A stretch of DNA of 64,000 nt. Origin: Catajapyx aquilonaris. Taxonomy: Eukaryota. The DNA lies in the NCBI GenBank assembly GCA_000934665.2, contig KZ538431.1:1-64000 (forward strand), read 5' to 3'. The position numbers and the translations under genes are program-made. A model generated the notes under the pieces. That model saw nothing but the letters and a program-made list of their open reading frames with translations. It was not told the origin of the DNA and did not search any database. This document shows, piece by piece, positions 25,018 through 38,073 of the stretch; positions within the stretch are counted from its first letter, which is position 1; every line of letters starts with the position of its first letter.

Positions 25018-27705
25018 AGTACAATATCACAACTTAGAAGATAGTAAAATATTTCTCATACGTCTACGCTCTAATCATAATTTTCTCCAGAATATTCTCT
25101 ATTTAAAACAAAAAAAATCTTCATAATAAATATTCACGTTTCTAGATGGTAGCATCAGTTGTTGACACCATCACACAGGATATGCCACATAGTTGTAACC
25201 AGTTTTAAGAGTGTGATATTATGAAAAGCCGCTGTTAACCACCATAAAGGGTGGGTCTAATGTGGAAATTACAGATATTAAAATTGCATGCGTAAATAGC
25301 TACTTTATGATGTGGTCTCTGTAACAACTCGTTGCATCTCTTTTGTACGCATTATTGTGGGGTAAAAGTTCATTGCAAGCCACAGTGTATGCGAATTAAT
25401 CTAAATAACAATCACATTATTGTCAGTTAAATAAGCTACAGTGTTGCTTCTTTCATTTGAATCAGTTTTTTAAATATTTATGTTCTAGTTCTGAACCCTT
25501 TTTGGAACAATAAGTGTCACAAAAATGAAAAATACGAATGTCCGTCACAATATTTTTAAAAATCACACAAGAGTTGTAAAACGACGCACGACCGCAATAT
25601 GTTTTTACGCCGTCACTCAATAATTACACCGTAATTGAGAGTACGATGTAAAGTCACTCATCGGGCGTGTTTATGACGCGCATTTCATGTGTCGCCATGA
25701 TGACTGTAGTTGTTTTATACCGATTATTTTGGGCACAGCACAGATGTACTGCTGCTCTCTCTCTCTCATTATATTACAGTCAGCAGCAAAAAACCCAGGC
25801 CTTTGATATAGCAGCCGATCTTGCGGCAGTGGGGGACTCGTAAACTGGCACGTGATGGCGAAATTAAACGCAAACTCTTGAGATTGGGACCTGACCCTGT
25901 AATCACCTGTCGCCCGAGGATTCGAAAAACCTCCCCCTCCTTATATCCAGTGGGGGAAAAAAAACCAACACAGTTTAACAGGATTTGTCTTTTCCTCGAT
26001 AACCTGAGAGTCATATGCATGTGTGTATTTGGGTGGGGTAAAACTGTACAGATATCCAGAGGTCATGTATTATTTGCTTGTTTCACCAGTTTTTTTTAAA
26101 TAAAAAAAAATTGGGGGGAGGGAAGGAAATCTGCGTATGTGCACCTTTGGGATATGGTACAGTATAGTTCAGAGGGGGGGGCCAAGTCCCTCTGTGACCT
26201 GTGTTCTGACAAAGTTTGGAGTTGGCAACTGGGCATGCAGGGGTGGGTTAGGAGTTGGGGTTTTAGAGAGAGGAGGGGGGGTAGGCGGATAGGGGGGGCA
26301 GAGGGGTGGGTTCTCCCTCTCCCCAACTACTTTCCAGCTCCAGGTTTCATCAAAAATTCACGAAGTCTGATGAAAACGAGTCGTCTGCTGTGGGACCGAG
26401 GGACCCGGTCGAGATGGATGCTAGATTGGCTGACTGCAATTTTCTGGACCCAGCTTGGAAATAATTGGATGGCGACTGACGTGGTTATACCTAGGTGAAA
26501 AATGAAACATGCAATGTAGGAGGGCGGGATGTGTGTGTGTGTGTGTCTGTACATGTTGGGTCAGTATGCAGGGGGGCGGACGTGTAAGCTCTTTCCTCCA
26601 CTCCACTCCCCTCCCGCCCCCCCTTTTTCCCAAACTCTGGTGGTCCTTTTTGGAAATTGATGGCGAAACAAGCGCCTTTTCCCAGCTACCACCAGGCGAA
26701 TTACATTTCCTATTTGTAAAATTCGTTCGCGTCGCCGGATGGATTGATAATAATTCATTCGCTGGGAGCGGAGGTGCAACTGGGGAATGATTTATGGGAA
26801 AAGGTGTCCAAAATGAAACAATTTCTAGGGGGTGGGCTTGTTTTTTTTTCGCTGCTTTTTTGGGGGAGGGGGCGAGCGTGGTGGTTTTTGGGGGCAGGGG
26901 GACCCAAGGGGGACGGCCCGTGGCAATGCCTTGACTGGCAATGCCGATTGTTGAGGGCCAGCTTTGGTGCCTCGGGGGGTCCGGATGGCCCGAAGAGGGA
27001 GGAATGGAGTAATTTCTTTCCATGTTTGACAATGTGGGTGGGGAAGGTCCGGCCCAGAATTTTCAGTTATATATATTATTTTTTCTTGGAAAGGTTTTTC
27101 TTGGACCGAGATGGCTGTGGCTCCGGTGGTATTAGAACTGACACCCCCAACAAATGTCGGGGCCAATCAAAAAGCAGCACGCGTCCAGGATAAAAAAAAG
27201 GAGGGCAGAGGGAGGAAGGAGTGGAGTGGGTGGGTGCATAGCTTCCCCAATGGTCTTGGGAATGCGCCTGTTCCAAGGGCAATAAATATTTCATTTGTTA
27301 CAAACTTCCATTCGCACGTCTGCTGGCCCTCTAAGATGGAAAAAGAGGAATAACTTTAAATTTTCCTTCTCTCTTTCTCTCTCTCCAACATGTGCATCTC
27401 TCTCTCTTTTTCCATATAGGTCGGACATGCTGCAAGGACAGGTGGATATAGGCAAGGGAAAATTATTTCCCTTCAACCTTTATGCCAACTGTGGATATAT
27501 CACCTGAAGATGTGTCCAGAGTTTGAACTGGAGCTATCATTTGTCAGCGGTAAACAAATTGCTCCACTTGAAACTTGCTCCTGCAATATATTCGCCAATT
27601 GTGCCTTATAATCGAAGAATTTATAAGGCAATTCCTTCTCAATACTTTCAAAGGCACAGAAGAGATGCATTCATGCCTTTTCTTGAGAAGACACGAGGAT
27701 ATAAC

Positions 27706-27844
27706 GGCGAATTAAGTGAGGTTGTCTAACTTTACACCCATTGTTTAAATCCAGTAATGTTAAACCGTACAAAGTTGATTTCTCCGACTCCATTACATTT
27801 AACCAACTTGTGTATAGAGTTAGACAACCACTCTGAATTACGCC
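27706..27844. mobile_element. Degenerate MITE/foldback with arms of about 50 bp
   Basis: GGCGAATTAAGTGAGGTTGTCTAACTTTACAC... matches the reverse complement of ...GTGTATAGAGTTAGACAACCACTCTGAATTACGCC. The core GGTTGTCTAACT is exact. Confidence 0.7.
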
Positions 27845-30124
27845 TTAGAAAGTTGAATATTTTTTGAGCTTAGTAGCCCTACTGTATCAACAGTGCAAAA
27901 AGAACTGTCCCAGTCATCCTACAAAGGAAAAATCGAAGGAACTCCATCCGGTAAGCACATTTTATATTGCATATTATAGCCTACAATTTAATAGAAAAAT
28001 TCACACGTAAGTCAGAAGCGTACAAATGAAAATAATGTTGTGTATCATATAATCGAAGTATACATGAGTTTAGAAGTCCATGATGGTGCCTTTCGATACT
28101 TACTGAAATATACAAGAACTACTTTCATACATGTTCATGCACATTAAAATAGAGCACATAACCCCAAAAACCCATTGTTTAGTGTGATTTTCTTCAAATT
28201 ATAAAAATGATTATAAAATAAGGTAATATATTGTACCAGAGTGGGACAGAAGTGTTGGTTGGCCCTGTAGTGACATCAAAGAGCGAGGTTTGACCTTGTC
28301 TGTTCCAAAACTTTTACCAGTTACAGCACTCGGTTGGTCTGAAAAGTTATTACAGTAATTGTAGCCTCCCCACTAAGATGATGAATAGAAAACACGGCCG
28401 TCGGGACCGTATTAGTCACTAATTAGACGCATTCTAAAATCAGTTCCGCGTATTTCTGGTCACGTTTGCACGATACGTTATATGAGCAGCAAAAAAAACA
28501 CAGAGAGAGCCAGAGATAATGCATGATACGATTTGACTATCTCCATAAGAGCAGCCGCTGAAGAGAGGCGTCCGAAACTCATCACCCTAATAGATCAGAT
28601 AAGAGAAGGGGTTGCGGTTCACGTGGGGACGTACACCTCTCGCGTGTACACTTTCAAAGTGCATTGTAGGAGGGGGGGCAGGGGAAGGCTAAAACCCCAG
28701 CCATTATTGTCGACTTGACCTCTGGGACCGGCCAGCAGCAGCATGCAGGTTCACTTGACGCTTTAAATACACTGTTAGTTACAAGCGAGGGCCTGGGGTC
28801 TACGTATGGCTTTTGAGAGAGATCTGCAGGGTCACTTTTCCTTGTTCTTCATCGATGCCTTATATACCAGCAGCCACCCACCCAGCCCCTTGGAAGCAAA
28901 GGGGCTGTGGTGTGCTCAGCCCATGAATATTTGAAATAAAGTTTGGAATGGACCAGGCAACAAGGAACTCCCTTGCATACATAGATTAAAGTGGTCTGAG
29001 GCGGCGGCCCCCCGCCGTAAGTCATACTTTCCACCTCAACTTCCTTACCTCCATCCATCTCGGCAAACGTCTTAATGCAGAATTCAAAGGGCCTTCTGGT
29101 GGTGCCGGGGAAGAAGGTTTCGCCCTCCCCAAAACCGTGCTGTGGTTTCCAAATAATAACTGCAGCCCAAGAAAATTGCTCCCCAACTTATGGTTCGCTT
29201 CGTTCGTTGCAAAAGCCAAAAGGTCCCGTTCCCCAACAAAACCACCAAAAGTCCTCCTTCCTCGCTGCGGAAAATCCTTCTTCTTTTTATTTTATTTTAT
29301 ATTTTTTTCGCAACCGGGGGCCGGATTCTAAGATGGTGGGAGGGGGGAGGGGGAAAGATGGTGAATCTTTCATCTGATTTATATGCGTGCTTTGTTCCCG
29401 GGTTAGATTCCCCGAAGGGTCAGGAAGAACAAATAGAAGGAAGGCTTTTAACGAAGGGCGCTAACCAAATGATGCCTTGGCCCCTCCGATTCCTTTGGGA
29501 GTCAAAGGAGAAGAGAAGAGGGGGTTGGGGTGGACTAGGAAGTGAGAGAGAGGGGGGGGGGGGCATGCATGGCCGGGGCTGGCTTGCCCCTGAGGACCAG
29601 GGCTCTGGGCCGAGGGGCGGGATTAGATTAATGCGTTATGACGCTGACTACTGATCAAGATCTACGGCCAGGCCGCTGCTGCCCGTATGAATTTCATCCG
29701 CCGAGTTCCGTGTCATCTCTTATGGTGATTCCCATGGCACCTTGCTACCTCCCATCACAAGTCTCCGCCTTTGGGGATTCCGTGCAAGGGGCTGACCCCG
29801 GGGCCTCTTTGCCCCTTGGCTCCTTTTGCCCTTTTCCAGCCAAAACACCTGGAATGGCCGCAGGGAATAAATCCTTCTTCTAATCCTCTTATTCTCTCCG
29901 TCGGATGTTTGCCCGACCTGATAGTACCACCATCACCCGTACGACTTGAGAGTGGCAGGAGTGTGCAGGGGAAGGGTGCGCCATCTATGCGTGAAGAATA
30001 GTACTACGTGGTAAATCGGCCTCTAGCTCGGACAAACATCCGATGGAGCGAAATAGCATATTAGAAGAATAGAAGCGTACACACACAGCATAACTTCCCT
30101 CCAGTCCACACCAGACACCCTAAG

Positions 30125-30178
30125 CGATCTGATTGGTGCAGCAGAGGGTTAGGGGCCTCTGCTCCACCAATCAGATCG
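30125..30178. repeat. Near-perfect hairpin (23-bp stem, 8-nt loop)
   Basis: CGATCTGATTGGTGCAGCAGAGG pairs with CCTCTGCTCCACCAATCAGATCG at 22/23 positions. Confidence 0.9.
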
Positions 30179-32089
30179 GTGGGTACAGTGTGATACAAAA
30201 GAAAGTGTCTTTTGAAACCCTGCCCTGCATGGCTTAGCCCGAGAGGTCGCAATATTTAGGACATGACTTTTTTTTTTGAGAAGTTAGGATGTGGGTATTG
30301 TAAGGGGTATTGCCAAATTTTGGCGACGGGTTCACTAGTTGGCCAATAAATTGCATGAAAAACAAGGTTGCAGCATTTTTTTTATTATTCAGAGGTTCTT
30401 CAGGAAGCTGACGACTCAGTAAAATATGGTAATTAAAAATATATATCCCCGGTTGCGTAGTTGACTGAAGAATACGGAGGGGAACACCGGACAAACACAG
30501 AAAAAGAATATATGGGGCGCTCCTTTCGCTGCAGCATTGACCGGAAGCTGTTTGAATTGAATGTGGGTTTTGAAGCAGTAATGTAAACCGGAGTACAAAC
30601 ACACTATGTTGAAAGCATTGGCCGACTTGGCCATTGATGATGATCATTCAAATATTGTTTTTAACAGCATATAACCTGGTATATACCCGTAGTTGCCAAC
30701 TGTTTTATGCCCGGCTTTTTTGATATATGAAGCAGAAAAGGCCGGGGGGTGACATGGTTCGCATGGTTGAGCAAACAAGTGCCGATTATGTTCATCATAG
30801 TTGCTTACTTGAGGAAAACTAAGGAATTCCCGAGACAACCCCCGCCGATTCAAAGTGCAGTCTCGGATAGGAAACGGAAGCCAAACTCCGGATTGCGTGT
30901 GTTTCAGTTGCCCGGAGGAAAGGATAGACCTTTCCCTCCCCTTTCTTCCGGCCTCTCTTCCGAAACAAGCCGAGAAGCCAAAACGAAATGCCTGATTGGA
31001 TTGGAATCGTGGACAACATTTCAGGCCAGGGAGTGATGGAATGGCCCCCGATGTTTCCCAAGTCCAGAACTGTGCAGTGCACAAAGTTTACAGAGCGGTA
31101 TGATGCAAGTTGATCATCATTATCAGTTCAGCTTTATCGAGCACGTGGTATTAATGTGATTAATTATTGCTTTTTTTTGGCCCACGTCTTATAACTGACA
31201 ATCGCATTAGTGCAAGAAAAACATTGCGGAGTAGGTACCTAGAGTTGTAATCCACGAAAGAGTCTTACACAACCAGAAATTTCGCCTGGCTGTTTCCATT
31301 AGCTAAGTAGAAACATTGGGAGAAACGGACAAGGGCTGCGGGGATGACATGTGTTTCGTGTGAGTTAATGGACTTTTTCGTAATAACATTTGGAATTAAG
31401 GTCGTGCTTGTGATGCCCCGGAGGTGACGTTTGACCTCTTTTTTTCCCCGCTTCCTCATGTCTCCATATACATACGAGGGGGGAGGGGAAGACATGACCT
31501 ATCATACTAATGAGCAATAATTGATAATTCCTATTTTCATCACCCCGAACCACAGATCCTCATTGGAAATATCGGTGGCAACGCTGCACACAGCCCACAG
31601 GATGTTTCCCTCACTCTCAGCCAGTTTAGAAACAGCAACTCAAACGCACTTAACATTAATTGGTAGTGGAGTTCAGAGAGGTCTGACCCGTGGGAAAAGT
31701 CTATGAAACTCTGCAGGTGACATAATGGAATGGCATTTGCTTAATTTGAGGCGGGGCACATTTTCTAAAACCCGAGGACTTTGTCCCCCCCTTTTCCTAT
31801 ATCGTATAAGTACACACGCTGCGTGCATCCAGAGGAACATCCAGAGGAAGACTGTCGTAACCGCAGCGTCTTATTATCTCTGGAATGTGCACATATACTG
31901 GGCTTCTATTTTTTTTAGCTTACTCGATTGCGGCACGTGACGAGAAGATTGTAATACCCACATATTAGGACATTTCCCCGAATCGACTGGTCTGTCTGGA
32001 GCCAACGATATTTTAGATGTATTTGGTTTATCGCAGGCTGTGCTTTTCCTGCATATCGTTTTTTTTAAAGAAAATGACACGCAGATGTA

Positions 32090-32271
32090 CAGGGTAGTAC
32101 ACTGCTCAAATCCGGCAGAAAAAATTACGAACTGTCTACTCCAAAAATAATGTAAAAAAAAACAATCAACATATTAGAAGTTATTGCTATTTTTCCTTAT
32201 TTAAATTAGGGGCTAAACTTGCAGTTATTTACATCTTTTTTAACCAGTGACTTGAGATGTGTACCACCCTG
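32090..32271. mobile_element. Tc1/mariner-type MITE (182 bp, TA target-site duplication)
   Basis: TA|CAGGGTAGTACACTGCTCAAATC ... GACTTGAGATGTGTACCACCCTG|TA. The TIRs match at 19/23 and TA flanks both ends. Confidence 0.75.
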
Positions 32272-35200
32272 TATGTATATAAAAAAGGAGCTCCGGAGAA
32301 ATGGGGTGGGTGGGTTTTTTTGGAAGGGAAAATGTGGGCTATAGATTGGTATAGCTGCGACCAGAATCGAAGCCCCGTTGGCGGTTTCGTTTGTTTTAGC
32401 CCAATTTCTGCGACCGGGTCCGGTTAAATTATACCCCCCAAGTCGACCACGAATTGGTGATTTATTCACAAGGAAGGCATTTCCGTTTATTTAGTGGAAT
32501 CATTCGGGCTTATATTCAAAATTTCAAGGAGACTTATGGCAGCCTAGGGAGTGGATAAAAGGTTTATAATCCGTTTTATATAGCACTGGCTGCGGTCGCC
32601 TTTATCTAATGTACAATAATTAATGCGATATATTGGATTTGTGATGTTTCAATAATGATTTTTAATATACGGTAAGTGTTTGTAGTTGCAGCATTGGGAT
32701 AACACTGCTGTTTATTTTCTTTGCATTTAATTATGACGAGTTTTAAAAAAATATTACGGTCGGTTTTATTACAATGTGTCAATATTAATTCGCAGTGAAA
32801 ATCGCCTCATAAATAAACAATTAAAATATTGAATCATGCAGATGTTCACTACAAAATAATTAACGCAGTGTCACTCTTCATTCAAACGGGCTGGTCATAG
32901 TTAGCAATATGTTTTTGGAATGGCGGCGAGTTTTATGTGGTGTGAAACATTGCATTAAAATGTTGGCTTTATCCAAATACAATTAAATGAAATAGGAATG
33001 AACAGTCGTATAGCTTTTGAAGGCCATCGGAGCGCAATATTTTTGATGGGGACTCGCCATGACCCATAGGCGTCTTGACAGGGACCGTGGTGCGCCCAGG
33101 GGCCGCCCAGGTGTTGACGTGAATCACCCCGGTTGTGGTCCTTTCTGGGGGCCAAATGCGGCGTTGTGGCGGGCCGGGGAGGGAGAAGGGGACCGACCAT
33201 TGCTGGCTTGTCTGGCCGGCTGGGAACCCGCCAAAAGGTGGCCGAGCTGGCCATTCCCTGAGGGTCCTTCAGCTGACCCTCATTCAACCATCAGCAGGCC
33301 TCAATAAGGCTCCAGGGCCTCTCCGGTGCTGTTTGTTTGTTTACCTCGACTGCCCCACCTTTACTTATCTCAATAAATTCTACCCTTGAAGGACAAAGAG
33401 AGAGAATAAGCACTAGGCGACAAGCGTAATATGTTGATATTATTTTGTTCACAAAAGTAAAATGCTGAGGGTTTTACAGACATTTAAAAAAAATTAAAGT
33501 ATTTAAAACAAAGCTGAGGAGGATTATCAGTTACGGTCTACGGACCTGCAACTCAGAATTTGACAATTTTTATCTTATAAAAGTATCGTTATCATTGGAT
33601 GAATAGTGTATCTGCCTGTATGTCTGAACTTGAATAAAACAACTAACTGGAATTGTACGAAGAAATGGCATCATTTTATGCACATGATAAAAATACATGT
33701 AAGTAGGCCTACCCTTGCAGGGTCACTTACTATACAGTATAAGTGCTCGTGAAAATGCATAACACTGTCCATAATAGCCTTCTGAATTCATGTGCTCATA
33801 CGGTTATTCTTATTTTTAAAAAAGCTAGAACCTGGACACGAGCATGTATAGTGTACCAAAAATTATATATATTTTTAAAAGCTGTCCGGTTTCTTCTCCT
33901 GCTGGTCATCATAAGCAGTGGGCGGAAACACCGACCTTATTACTCTCTAATTTAACCTTTCCCCAAAGGCTAAGAGGGGACTGCTCGCTCTCAATTCTAA
34001 TAACCCCGAGTCTTCCTCGTCTCTTTTAGTTTTCCTCGAGGCCCCAGCCTCGGCAGGTCTTGATCAACTGGGGTTGGTCCCAAGAGACGACGATTACCTT
34101 GAACTCATTAATCCAACTGATGAGAAACAGAGGAGGCTAATTGGTTTAGACACGCTTCAGAAGGCCGCAGGAAAAATGTTGTGGATTGCGGATGGTGTGG
34201 GAGGGTTAAGGGGAGGACGATTTTTTGGGGAAAAGCCCAGCCTGACGGTTTGGTTTCCGAGAGAGAGAGCAAGAGAGAGAGAGAGCTTTTTGGGGAGGTC
34301 CTTTTGGGAGGCGCAGGCGTAGGGGGGCGAAAAATCCAATTCATCCGCCTATTTGATTCGTAATAGGCGGAACACCGCATTGGCGCAATCCTACCTGCAG
34401 TACAACTAACATAATTGACAAAGGAGTAATTAACTTTGGGGAAGCGGGAGAGGGGAAAAAAAAGTGTATCCAAAGGGAAATGCAGACGAGATGTTCATTT
34501 TTTTTCTCTCCATGGGGGTGTGTATGGACCTTTTTCTCCTATTTTAGAACACGGTGCATGCAATTTCCATAGACTACAGAAGGAGGGGGAAAAAAAGGAC
34601 ATAACTTCACTTGCACTTGGGGGATTGGGAAAGAAGTCTATTCATGAGCTGACTTAATCAGGCTGGGTTTTGTTTCGGTGTAATCCCTAAGCTCGAGCGA
34701 GCTACGAATAAGACTCACCTCGACGTTTTCCAATCAGTTTCTTTTTTTTCTACTTCTTATTCTTTTCCCCTTCTCTTTTTTTTTCCTTTTTTTATTTCTC
34801 TTAGGAGTTTTGTTAGGATTCTCCCCTGGACATTTATCGCCAGGGAAATACAAAAGCATGTGTTTGCTTCCAGTCTTGTTTAAAAAAGAAAAGAGGGGAG
34901 AGTGTATAGGGGGGGGGGTTAATTTTTGGGCCAAATTAAGAAGTGATTCTCTCCCTCGACTTTTCGAATTTTTAAGTTGTCCTTACAAATGTACAAGGAT
35001 ATGAGAAATTTCACCGGCGGGACTTCCCGAACCCCTCTGTATAAAGACGGACTAATAAGAACATTTTAAATTGCCTCTTTGTATTTATTAAATGTAAATA
35101 AGAGTAATGAGCCCAGCACAATACCATGCTGGAGCCTGCTCCGAATTATTAATCTAATCTCGAATTGTACGTTTCAAATTAAATAATGAAGCCCCCTTAG

Positions 35201-36107
35201 TATATTCCGCACTCTCTCATAAAATGAATCGCCCATTTGTCTTAATCAAAAAAGGAGGCGGTAAAGTTGTGTGCTCTAACTCACCCGGGGTCATAAGCCA
35301 TGTAATTTTTTTTTCCTCCTCTACTCTTTTTTTTTCGTTGGCAAGTCCAAGCGGAGGCGAAGAGCTGTGGTTGGTATTCTCTTGGGGAAAGCAGGCAAAG
35401 TCCGATCTTGTTAACCCGATTAAGATTCCCTCGACGAAGTCATCCTGTGTGGAGTTGCGTTTACTTCCGTCATGATGGCGAAATATGACGCCTCTGTCGA
35501 CTCGGACCCAGGCAGGAAAGTTGGCGGAAAGGGATGCCGATGTTAACTGGATTGAGGCCCCCAAATTGAAGACACCCCAAGGGCTCATGAAACCACTCAC
35601 ACTTGGGCCGGGCTGAGGAATGGCCGCCTAACTTTGGAATCAAACACCTCGGCAAATCTCTCGAGTAGTTGCTGCTGGGAGAGAGAGAGCAAGAGGAAAA
35701 GGGGGGGGGGGGGTCTAGACTTTGGGAGAAATATTTCACCCAGGGCTTTGTCAGCTTCCAGGAGGCCTCACATTTCCCTCTCATCAAACAACAGGTCTTG
35801 ACTCAAAACTTGCGAGCCTCGGAGGAACTGGGGACGAAACTCGAGTTGGGATAAACAGTTCCGCCTTTGTCAACTTGGGCCGGTTATTAGGGGCCAATTA
35901 GGGGCGTAAATCAGGGCGCAAAGTGGGCTCTAGGTGGGCATCTTGCCTTAGATTATTGGATCTAGTTGGGTCTCTCAGGAGAATGGACGCCCTCGTTTAG
36001 GGGGAGGCATTTTCCACCCGGTTTTAACTAGCGCAAGATCATGATATAGTTGCAGCTACACTGTCCCATTATCACTATAGTCTTCGGTGGACTATTTTTA
36101 AATTTTT

Positions 36108-36230
36108 TTAAAAACAGTGGGTGGAATTTTTGTCCCACTGCTAGTTACTGCTTATTTAGCAGTTGGCCATGACACTGCTAAATTACCAGTAACTAGCAGT
36201 TGGACAAAAATTTGACCCATTCACTTTTAA
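36108..36230 (+). mobile_element. Foldback/MITE family A, copy 2
   Basis: Arms at 36108-36163 and 36174-36230 around the 10-nt loop TGGCCATGAC. TTAA is present at both outer ends. Homologous to 20625-20742. Confidence 0.8.
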
Positions 36231-37678
36231 TATTAATTTTTATGTCCATTGGAGTCGTTATTTATTCAGATCGTCGAATAAATTCTTCTGTTGAAAGAGA
36301 AACGCCAAAAATCATGGGAACCATTTCAGCGCCGGCAGAGAAGAATTGAAAAACCTGCTCGAATTATACGTACGGAGAGAGTGGGTGATACGGGATTAAA
36401 ATTCAGGGAAAAATTGCCAAAAGTTTCGCCAAATGCGAAAATTTCTGGGCAATCCTAAGGCAGCGGGTTATTCCGACGGGCTGAGTCTGAGAAGCTTACT
36501 TTTTAAAGATTTTCGTCGGTGTGAGCAGTGGTATTGCAGGCAGAAAAAAAAGGTCGAGATATAGAGTATTGCGCCTTTTCCATCAGCCTTTTATTTCTTC
36601 TCCGGGGACACGGTGGCTTAAATTAGCTTTTCCTCTAGCTACAGTTTTACGAGCCTGAGTTAGGCGTAAGGACTATCCGGGTTTGCAGCCATGGCTGTTC
36701 CCAGTTTACCCAGAGAAAGATGTGTGTTGTTGGGTTTTAAGCGACCCAAGAGCTCGACTTCATTAGAGGGGAATTAGATCGAGGTCTATCTCTACCGAAT
36801 TACCATTAATGTGTCAGGCCCTTTCTGTGGTTTCATTACAGTCTTCCGCATTACGCACGCATGCACTTGGGCTCAAAAATACGTGCCAAAAGTAACACAA
36901 TAATTGAACCCTCTCTCTCTGGAAAGGAAAAGTTAGGGCAAGTCGGTTGATCAAGATCAAGCCTCTTGCGACACCCGTTGCTTCAAGGCAAGCAGCATCC
37001 TCAATTAGGGATGCCGTGAGAGCTGTATTTTCTAGAACCCCAAAGTGCGGCATCAAGAGTAGTGACAAGACGAATGCGACCTTCATGCTTCTGGAGCCGA
37101 ATTCCTTTCACCTGTCGGACCAACCGGCAGGAAATTCGCTGCTGGATCCTCGCGTGAGGCCAAACAGCCGGACATGAGATCCTTTTCTTGCTCTTTTTTT
37201 CTCTCTTCCTTTTTTTTTCTTCTAGGAGACCGTTACTCTTTTTCTTCTTCTTCACCCCCCTGCCTGCCTGCCTGTATACCTTCTTGCCGCCAACTTTGCA
37301 ATTCACGTGGGAATGCGGCTAATGGCTTCACCTGTTTCACACTTCCAGACAAACTTGGGGGGGCCCTACCCACCACCCAACATTCTGAAAGAAAAAAAAA
37401 AACTTTTTCGCTCCATCTCTGTAAATTTCCGTCCGACTTGATCCCCAATCCGGTGGAAAAAAAAACGGGAAGAAAATGCGAAGGAAAAAAAAACTTGCCC
37501 GATACTTTTCTTGCTATAAGAGGAGAGGAAAAACGACTTTGATTTTTAGCTTTGTGCTTGCAGGTAGAATAATGGGGGATGATACCCCCGAAAAAATATT
37601 GGAAAAATAACGAAAAATCTGCGGAAATGCTCTTTTGATGTAATGCGACCTTTTTTTCTTATGTTTGTTCACTTGCAT

Positions 37679-37750
37679 GCTCAAAAAGATGGGATCATTT
37701 TGCATTGAAACCAAAATGCACAGTCGTCTCCATTTTTTTTGAGCGATATA
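37679..37750 (+). repeat. Foldback family B, copy 2
   Basis: GCTCAAAAAGATGG...TTTTGCATTGAAACCA..ATGCA..TCGTCTCCAT.TTTTT..GAGCGATATA. It shares loop and right arm with 24962-25017. Confidence 0.7.
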
Positions 37751-37869
37751 CAAGTAGTTCCTTATGAGGAGAAAATGGTAGTGTGTGATCATGTGCTTTG
37801 GCTGAATTCGAGGATCATAACTTTGACTATCAATTGAATTTGTACTGTAAGCTATATCTAAGGACAACT

Positions 37870-38073
37870 GGACGGTGTTATGCAATAATGTGTCAACCCA
37901 CAAAAATGTCAAAATTGAGTTAAACCCAGGAACATATATACCCAAAGGATCGTACACTGATTCAGTTAAAATCAATCTGGACCGAAAAGGACACTGAATT
38001 AATTTCAAATTCAAACCCATTTTTCTCAGATCTGTTATCATGTGGGTTGACTCATTATTGCATAACACCGTCC
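37870..38073. mobile_element. MITE (204 bp) with 33-bp TIRs and 4-bp TSD AACT, possibly Sola-type
   Basis: AACT|GGACGGTGTTATGCAATAATGTGTCAACCCACA ... TGTGGGTTGACTCATTATTGCATAACACCGTCC|AACT. The TIRs match at 32/33. Confidence 0.9.

Noticed and set aside
25594..25651. Assorted short imperfect hairpins (also 52845, 55029, 61409, 62076)
   Set aside because: Stems are short or heavily mismatched in AT-rich sequence and no second copy is seen in the window.
26421..27193. Overlapping 203-aa and 149-aa ORFs
   Set aside because: Stop-poor G/C-run island open on both strands, with low-complexity translation and no recognisable domain.
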